From a virus (lineage: Duplodnaviria > Caudoviricetes): a stretch of DNA of 64,000 nucleotides. Below are positions 58,476-64,000 of this stretch, in pieces. Below the pieces are notes generated by a model, which worked only from the letters and a program-made list of their open reading frames with translations, was not told the DNA's origin and did no database searches. The first letter of the stretch is position 1, and each line of letters begins with the position of its first letter. The position numbers were made by a program, and so were the translations under genes. Location: positions 23,621 through 87,620 of IMG/VR virus record IMGVR_UViG_3300031786_000572, one strand, 5' to 3'.

Positions 58476-59765
58476 ATGAGTCTATTAAACTATAATCAAT
58501 TCATACTTAATGAATCAACGATTTTAGAAGAAGTTCTAAATGAAGGTGGTGCTTACGGGCATCTTGCTCATCCATTTGAAGATTTCGGATTGACTATGGG
58601 TGACTTAAAGAAAATGATTGACACTACCGTTAATGGTGCTTTTGGACCGGAGAATTTTGTTCAAGAGAAAACTGACGGTCAAAATATTATGATTTCGTGG
58701 AAGAACGGCAAACTTATTGCCGCAAGAAACAAATCACACTTAAAAGATGCCGGTGCGAATGCTTTAGATTCTGCCGGCATTATGTCTCTTTTTGCAGGAC
58801 GTGGAGATATTGAGAAAGCATATAATTCAGCAATGAAAGATTTAACTGCTTCTATTAATTCTCTATCACCAGCAGATAAACAAAGATTCTTTGATGAAGG
58901 TAAGAAATTTGCTTCAGTAGAGATCATTACACCAGTTACCCAAAATACTGTTCCTTACGGTCAAAACATATTGGTTTTCCACGGAGTTGTTGAAATGGAC
59001 GCTGCAGGTAATCCTGTAGGTGAAGATAAACAAGCAGGACGTGATATCGGAAAACTTATTACTGACGCAAATGCTGCGGCACAAGAAACTTTTTATGTTC
59101 GTGGACCGCAAGATATTGCATATAAGCCTTTCCCAAATACTAAAAGCAGATTATCTTATTATCAAAAGAAACTTGCTGACGTTATGAAAGACAGCGGAAC
59201 CAACACAGGTTCTACTGTTGAGCAGTATGCATTAGGTATGGGTAAACGAATCCTACAAGAAGAGGCTACTAAAGCTAATGTTACAATTCCTGGTGAATGC
59301 ATTGACGGATTAGCTCGTAGAATTGCTGACATTGACAAATCATATAGTGTCCCGCAGATTAAAAAGGAAATGGGTGCTAACGCAGATTGGTTTATTAACT
59401 TAGAGAAAACCAAAGGTAAGGAAATGAAACGTAAAGTTTTTGCACCGCTTGAAAGTTTATTCTTAGAAGTTGGAACTGAAATGATGAAAAACCTTTCTGC
59501 ATTCCTTTCAGCAAATCCTACACAGGCGGCTGAATACATGAGAAAAGATATTGACAAAACTATTGCTACTATTAAAACCAATGGTGATGAGGCTGATGTT
59601 TCAAAACTAGAGCATGAATTATCTAGAGTTGCTGCTGCGGGTGGATTAGATGCAATCGTTCCAACTGAAGGTATCACTTTTATTTTTAATGGTAAGCTGT
59701 ATAAATATACAGGAATCTTTGCGCCATTACATCAAATAAGAAGTATACTTGCTTACAAGAAATAA
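58476..59765 (+). CDS. Tagged ATP-dependent ligase-like nucleotidyltransferase (RNA-ligase-like)
   Basis: Tag MSLLNYNQFILNES. Motif I 'EKTDGQN' (58665), Ia 'AARNK', III 'VEII', IIIa 'LVFHGV', IV 'EGITF' (59667) and V 'YKYTG'. Confidence 0.6.
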   Translation: MSLLNYNQFILNESTILEEVLNEGGAYGHLAHPFEDFGLTMGDLKKMIDTTVNGAFGPENFVQEKTDGQNIMISWKNGKLIAARNKSHLKDAGANALDSAGIMSLFAGRGDIEKAYNSAMKDLTASINSLSPADKQRFFDEGKKFASVEIITPVTQNTVPYGQNILVFHGVVEMDAAGNPVGEDKQAGRDIGKLITDANAAAQETFYVRGPQDIAYKPFPNTKSRLSYYQKKLADVMKDSGTNTGSTVEQYALGMGKRILQEEATKANVTIPGECIDGLARRIADIDKSYSVPQIKKEMGANADWFINLEKTKGKEMKRKVFAPLESLFLEVGTEMMKNLSAFLSANPTQAAEYMRKDIDKTIATIKTNGDEADVSKLEHELSRVAAAGGLDAIVPTEGITFIFNGKLYKYTGIFAPLHQIRSILAYKK

Positions 59766-59768
59766 ATT

Positions 59769-60098
59769 ATGAACATTCATACATACGAAGAATTTATAAA
59801 TGAAGCTGAGGAAGTATCAGTTGATAAAGTATTAACACCAGCTGATAAGAAAAAACTAAAAACAGCTTTTGAAACTGTTTTTACTGGTGTAGATAAATTA
59901 TCATTTAAAAAGGACGGTACTATTGAAGGTCGTCGTGGATATTTTTATAGACACGGGCAATCACCACAAAGTGTTGCTGAACAATTAAAGAAAGCTTTGA
60001 GCAGTCAAGGAATAGAAATAACTATTGTTAATACATATGATGATTTTAAGCCTTGGCCTAAAGATAGCAATTTTGTAGTAACATTTAAACTTACATAA
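59769..60098 (+). CDS. Tagged small protein (MNIHTYEEFINEA)
   Basis: ORF track plus the shared tag. Confidence 0.75.
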   Translation: MNIHTYEEFINEAEEVSVDKVLTPADKKKLKTAFETVFTGVDKLSFKKDGTIEGRRGYFYRHGQSPQSVAEQLKKALSSQGIEITIVNTYDDFKPWPKDSNFVVTFKLT

Positions 60099-60104
60099 TT
60101 AATA

Positions 60105-60320
60105 ATGAAACACATACCTACATTTGAGCAATTCGTTCACGAAGCTCAAACTTTTATTGAAGAATCAAAAATGGGTGATGTACATATCATGGCTCAAGAA
60201 GCTCCATCTTTTGATAATTTTAAAGCAGAGTTCATTAAAGAATATGGCAAGCCAAAGTCTGTTAAAGAATTACAACAGTTAGAAGCGTGGTTACAAACCA
60301 TCTGGAAAGAAAGAAATTAA
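60105..60320 (+). CDS. Tagged small protein (MKHIPTFEQFVHEA)
   Basis: ORF track plus the shared tag. Confidence 0.75.
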   Translation: MKHIPTFEQFVHEAQTFIEESKMGDVHIMAQEAPSFDNFKAEFIKEYGKPKSVKELQQLEAWLQTIWKERN

Positions 60321-60331
60321 AAAACACAGCT

Positions 60332-60709
60332 ATGAAACATATACCAACATTTGAAGACTTTGTAACAGAGTCAAAAAAAGAAAAAGTAAGTGGTTCTACT
60401 TATTGGGAAGAAGTTGCTATACCAGGATTCGGAAATGATAACACAGTAAAATCTGATAATGATTCTACTAAGGCTGCGCAAGCAGTAGTTGATTTTTGGG
60501 AAAAAGGAAAAACTTTTGATAAAGCAGGATTCACTGTTAAAGATGTATCGGTATTTGATTTATCTAAAGCTAAAACTGGAGCTATCATTATGGGAAAACT
60601 TATTGATGGCGGTGCTAATAAAGATTATCAAATTAAAATTGAAGTTCGTGATACCAAACTAGGTGTTCCTAATAAAAACATATACACTTGGGTTTCTCGA
60701 GTTGGATAA
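60332..60709 (+). CDS. Tagged small protein (MKHIPTFEDFVTES)
   Basis: The start was moved from 60287 to the tag ATG at 60332. Confidence 0.75.
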   Translation: MKHIPTFEDFVTESKKEKVSGSTYWEEVAIPGFGNDNTVKSDNDSTKAAQAVVDFWEKGKTFDKAGFTVKDVSVFDLSKAKTGAIIMGKLIDGGANKDYQIKIEVRDTKLGVPNKNIYTWVSRVG

Positions 60710-60723
60710 AAAATATAATAGAC

Positions 60724-61008
60724 ATGAAACATATACCTACATTTGAACAATTTGTAAACGAAGGCTTTGATGCTAAGTATTGGGAAGATTACCATGAAAA
60801 GGCACCAAAGATAACATCAAAATCTGCAGTTGCTAGAGCTGTTGAAGATGCTGTTGAAGAATGGAATGACAACAATGAAATGGGTAAAGATAATGAAGTA
60901 ACTCAAAAAGGTGAAATGATAGTTATGGAACTTGCTCATAAATTCTTTGCTGCTAAAGGATGGGTTTCATCTGATGTTATTGAAGCATTCATTGCTCAAG
61001 AATCTTAA
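60724..61008 (+). CDS. Tagged small protein (MKHIPTFEQFVNEG)
   Basis: The start was moved from 60688 to the tag ATG at 60724. Confidence 0.75.
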   Translation: MKHIPTFEQFVNEGFDAKYWEDYHEKAPKITSKSAVARAVEDAVEEWNDNNEMGKDNEVTQKGEMIVMELAHKFFAAKGWVSSDVIEAFIAQES

Positions 61009-61086
61009 AAAATATTTGTAAAATTTAACATTTAAAATTTGCTTAGTTCAAACTAAATGGTTAATTTTAACAATAAATATAAAACT

Positions 61087-61587
61087 ATGAAACATATCAA
61101 AGAATACCATGAATTTATTAATGAGAATCTAGCTTATAAGTTAGAAGATGTATTATACAAAAAATTCATTGACAACAAACAACATAAACAATGGTTTGAT
61201 GATTATGATGAGTTGGAAGATCCTATCTTTTATACTATGGGAACTGGTGGTCGTATGGCATTTGATTCTGTAGTTGCAAAAGATCAAGCTAAATTTGTTA
61301 AAGCGGTTACTGATGAAGTTGAAAAATTTAACAAAATCAACAAAACTAAATTTAAAGTTCAGCCTGATGTGATATCTGAATCTGTTAATGAAGCAACCGA
61401 ACAAGATTACGTTGTAAAATTTTGGACAATTCAAAATGACGATGATATTGATTGGGATTGGGACGTTAAGGCTACATCACCTGAAGACGCGATTGCTAAA
61501 GTAAAATCAGGTAAAGCTAAAGGACCACACGGTGAAACTGTGTCGAGAATTGCCCGCAAATTTAGCGCTGAATTAAAGAAAAAATAA
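61087..61587 (+). CDS. Tagged two-module protein (MKHIKEYHEFINEN; internal ISESVNEA)
   Basis: The start was moved from 61057 to the tag ATG at 61087. Confidence 0.75.
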   Translation: MKHIKEYHEFINENLAYKLEDVLYKKFIDNKQHKQWFDDYDELEDPIFYTMGTGGRMAFDSVVAKDQAKFVKAVTDEVEKFNKINKTKFKVQPDVISESVNEATEQDYVVKFWTIQNDDDIDWDWDVKATSPEDAIAKVKSGKAKGPHGETVSRIARKFSAELKKK

Positions 61588-61597
61588 AACATACATA

Positions 61598-62641
61598 ATG
61601 AGAGAATTACCATCTTTTGAACAATTTAATGAAAGCATTAAAACCGCTAACATTAATGAAGGAGTTTTTCACAGACTTCCAAAGAACATCATAACAGATG
61701 AACTTTATTTATCAACAATGAACTTACAGAACTTTTATGCTAGAACTGCTGCAGGCAACGATGTTGATCCTGGTGTAATTGATACTATCATAAGAGGATT
61801 AGATAAAGTTAAAAAAGCTGTAAAGAAATTTAACAGCAAAGAAGAAGTAGCTGGGACAGTTTATGAAGCTGAGAAAATGGTCTTTGATGAAATAGGTGCT
61901 GAACTTGAAGCTCTTCAAAAGAAAATTCTTGACTTGATGAGAAACACAACGGACAGCAAATGGAGAACAGCATTAGGTTCTGCTTCTACTGCGCTTTCTA
62001 ATTTAGATAGAAATTTAAGTCAAGCAGATGCAAAACTTGGAGTTATTCCGATGAAAGAATCTGAAGAAGTTAACGAAGGTGATATGACTAAAGATTATGA
62101 TGGTTTCATTGTCCTAGATTCAAAAACCAAAAAACTTTATAAATTCAGATATGTAAAAGGAACTAGCAATGTTAAGGTTGAAAACGATGCTATTGACAAG
62201 TTAATAAAAGCAAATGGATTAACAAGAGCAAATTACATGGTTCATGGATTTGTTAGAAAAGGTGAATGGGATAAAAATGATAGTGAAGTCTTAGAATCTG
62301 TATCAGTTAATGAAGCATCTTCAAAATTAACAATGAAAGAAACTCAAATGGCTGGTGAAATATCACAGGTAATTTATTCATACAAAAACTTGAAGAAAGA
62401 CGAAAAGGTAAATGTATTAAATAGTTTAATCACACGAGTAGAATCAGGAGAATTATCTGAATCTGAATCAGTTAATGAAGCATCGGTACAAGTTGCTGGT
62501 AAAGCTAAACCTGCTGGAGCACAAGTTCTTGCTACTGTGATTATGAAATATTTAGAGGATAATCTTCTTATACCGTCAAATGCAAATAAGAAAGGTATTA
62601 CAGAAGAGCTTAAACAATTAATCATGGATTCTACATTCTAA
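61598..62641 (+). CDS. Tagged multi-module protein (MRELPSFEQFNES; internal NINEG, ESEEVNEG, ESVSVNEA, ESESVNEA)
   Basis: 347 aa with repeated linker motifs. Confidence 0.75.
   Translation: MRELPSFEQFNESIKTANINEGVFHRLPKNIITDELYLSTMNLQNFYARTAAGNDVDPGVIDTIIRGLDKVKKAVKKFNSKEEVAGTVYEAEKMVFDEIGAELEALQKKILDLMRNTTDSKWRTALGSASTALSNLDRNLSQADAKLGVIPMKESEEVNEGDMTKDYDGFIVLDSKTKKLYKFRYVKGTSNVKVENDAIDKLIKANGLTRANYMVHGFVRKGEWDKNDSEVLESVSVNEASSKLTMKETQMAGEISQVIYSYKNLKKDEKVNVLNSLITRVESGELSESESVNEASVQVAGKAKPAGAQVLATVIMKYLEDNLLIPSNANKKGITEELKQLIMDSTF
62294..62484 (+). repeat. 26-nt direct repeat pair flanking a 55-codon module
   Basis: gaatctgtatcagttaatgaagcatc (62294-62319) and gaatctgaatcagttaatgaagcatc (62459-62484) are 25/26 identical and 165 nt apart (in frame). 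Confidence 0.85.
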
Positions 62642-62886
62642 TGAAAAAGTTTTCTGACTACCTAAATGAAAGTAAGCTTGAAGAGCTTGGGGCAATCGGT
62701 GTTACACTTAAGAGTGCTGATATTAAAGACTCTATGATTGGAGTAACTGCTACAAGTTTAACATCGGATTCAGTTATATTAGAACTTAATGTTCCAGTAT
62801 TAACCGGTGATCAATTAATGATACTTGTGAAAGGTGGATTAAAAACAATACAGCCTAACGGTAAAGGACTTAAATTAAAATTCTAA
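62641..62886 (+). CDS. Tagged small protein (MKKFSDYLNES)
   Basis: TAATG-coupled to the upstream gene and carries the shared tag. Confidence 0.75.
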   Translation: MKKFSDYLNESKLEELGAIGVTLKSADIKDSMIGVTATSLTSDSVILELNVPVLTGDQLMILVKGGLKTIQPNGKGLKLKF

Positions 62887-62888
62887 AC

Positions 62889-63746
62889 ATGAAACATATT
62901 ACTACGTTTGAAAACTTTATAAATGAATCAATAAATGAATCAAAAAAGGAATTAACTCTTTTTTCTGATATGAAAATAGGAGATACGTTTTCAATGTTTG
63001 GAAGCGCGGACGGAAAAACTAAACCAATGATTTTAAAGAAAACTGGTAATGAAGAGGCTCAAATAATTAAAGTTGGTGATGTTAAAGGAGTAAAAGTAGG
63101 TGAGTATCAACACCCTTCACCAACAGGAATGTATGCTCTTACTGAAAATGTAAATGAAGCATCTGCATTCATGGCAAAAGACGTCGCCAAAACTGTTGCT
63201 TTTTTAAATGCTGAAGTTGGTGATCACCCAGGTTACATATTCTTTGGTGATGGCGAAGATATCGAAGACTTTGACAAACTTTGGAAAAACCGTAAATATC
63301 AAGAAGCATTAGATATGCTTGCAAGAGACCGCGAGATTGTAGCACAAACTTTTGATGATGTGAAACCTTGGGTTAAAGAATCAAAAGAAGTTAGTGAAGG
63401 TTTCTTAGATAAAGGCGACGGATACTGGACTCTTTACATTGCAAATAAAGATACCACAATTGGAAAAACAGTTGTTCCTAAAGGCACTGTAATAGGTTCT
63501 GTTGGTGGTGGTAATTGGCAATCTACGGATGGCAAAATTAATACACACATTGCGGCTCTATTAGATACTCCTGATTTTGACAAAGTTCCTAATCCAACAT
63601 GGCCGATGACTGTTGAATTTACAAAAGAAGTTGAAAATTGGGCAAGACAAACTCGAGATCTTATTCAAAGAGATCCAAGTAAAGCTCAAGCAGTTATCAA
63701 TAATCGTGTAAGAGTTATTAATGATATGAAAAAACTATTAAAGTAA
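62889..63746 (+). CDS. Tagged multi-module protein (MKHITTFENFINESINES; internal ENVNEA, ESKEVSEG)
   Basis: 285 aa with the shared tag and linkers. Confidence 0.75.
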   Translation: MKHITTFENFINESINESKKELTLFSDMKIGDTFSMFGSADGKTKPMILKKTGNEEAQIIKVGDVKGVKVGEYQHPSPTGMYALTENVNEASAFMAKDVAKTVAFLNAEVGDHPGYIFFGDGEDIEDFDKLWKNRKYQEALDMLARDREIVAQTFDDVKPWVKESKEVSEGFLDKGDGYWTLYIANKDTTIGKTVVPKGTVIGSVGGGNWQSTDGKINTHIAALLDTPDFDKVPNPTWPMTVEFTKEVENWARQTRDLIQRDPSKAQAVINNRVRVINDMKKLLK

Positions 63747-63748
63747 TT

Positions 63749-63964
63749 ATGAAACATATAACTACATTTGAACAATTTATGAATGAGTCACAATCTGTAT
63801 CATTTGCATTTTCTTTGCCTGGTGATAAAAATGGAACAGAACTTGCAATATTAAAAACAAACGATGGTGATGGCTTTGTTGTGTCTGAAATAAATAACAA
63901 AAAAGAATCTGTTTTTATTTCTTGGAAACAATTTGAAGATTTAAAGAAACGTTTAACAAAGTAA
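63749..63964 (+). CDS. Tagged small protein (MKHITTFEQFMNES)
   Basis: ORF track plus the shared tag. Confidence 0.75.
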   Translation: MKHITTFEQFMNESQSVSFAFSLPGDKNGTELAILKTNDGDGFVVSEINNKKESVFISWKQFEDLKKRLTK

Positions 63965-63965
63965 A

Positions 63966-64000
63966 ATGAAATACATTAAACTATACGAAGAATTTATACT
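63966..64000 (+). CDS. Tagged protein, 3'-truncated (MKYIKLYEEFI...)
   Basis: ATG at 63966 encodes the same tag, so the array continues beyond the window. Confidence 0.7.
   Translation, partial: MKYIKLYEEFI

Noticed and set aside
61043-61056. Palindrome TTAGTT-CA-AACTAA in the gap within the tagged array
   Set aside because: The loop is too short for a terminator and there is no second copy to support an operator. It could arise by chance in AT-rich DNA.
6167-61086. Upstream ATG extensions given by the ORF track (6167, 57032, 60287, 60688, 61057, 54068)
   Set aside because: They overlap upstream genes or promoter-like DNA. Downstream ATGs have A-rich contexts and, in the array, begin exactly at the shared tag.
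2731-62643. Repeated TAATG stop/start overlaps (2731, 12661, 31480, 50395, 54759, 62639)
   Set aside because: This is ordinary translational coupling in phage operons.
574-63900. Numerous minus-strand and alternate-frame ORFs of 60-180 aa in the ORF track (e.g. 1323..1694, 3890..4417, 38480..39031, 59162..59677)
   Set aside because: They lie wholly within long plus-strand genes with recognisable products, show no motifs, and are the expected antisense shadows. Only 22425..22868 and 22861..23133 occupy their own space.
1-64000. Stop-codon reassignment as seen in some jumbo phages
   Set aside because: Very long ORFs are intact under the standard code, and TAG terminates genes at sensible positions (6212, 57093).
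1-64000. tRNA, rRNA, CRISPR arrays, introns, inteins, integrase or transposase
   Set aside because: Intergenic gaps are mostly under 150 nt with no cloverleaf or repeat-spacer pattern visible, and conserved enzymes have normal lengths. A tRNAscan/Infernal run would be needed to exclude small RNAs fully.

Overview
The window is a 64 kb, AT-rich, densely coding and almost entirely plus-strand segment of a large T4-like (jumbo) myophage genome in standard genetic code. A Bacteroidota host is inferred from SD-less A-rich start contexts, a D-S/T-rich lipoprotein and a host-type PolB-like exonuclease. Gene order: (i) baseplate hub/gp5 region, a ribosomal protein S1 homologue, an amidoligase, neck gp13, gp25, gp6 and a 2286-aa wedge-like protein; (ii) an auxiliary island (HAD, PhoH, SET-domain methyltransferase, 3'-5' exonuclease, and a DNA glycosylase closely resembling animal NEIL1); (iii) about 25 kb of very large tail/baseplate/fibre genes, including a collagen + C-type-lectin-like fibre; (iv) a replication/recombination block (RuvC-like, gp32, gp61, UvsY-like, PD-(D/E)XK nuclease, UvsW); (v) a run of at least 12 consecutive genes whose unrelated products share an N-terminal tag of the type MKHIxxFExFxNE(G/A/S). 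The strongest candidate for an undescribed system is (v). The tag resembles the T4 capsid-targeting sequence. The same xNE(G/A/S) motif recurs inside several proteins between modules, and there it is encoded by near-identical DNA repeats. This suggests a modular, shuffleable array of virion-packaged, protease-processed cargo that includes a ligase-like enzyme. No tRNA, rRNA, CRISPR array, integrase or reverse transcriptase was seen. All family assignments come from motif recognition by eye and recalled sequences; no database search was run.
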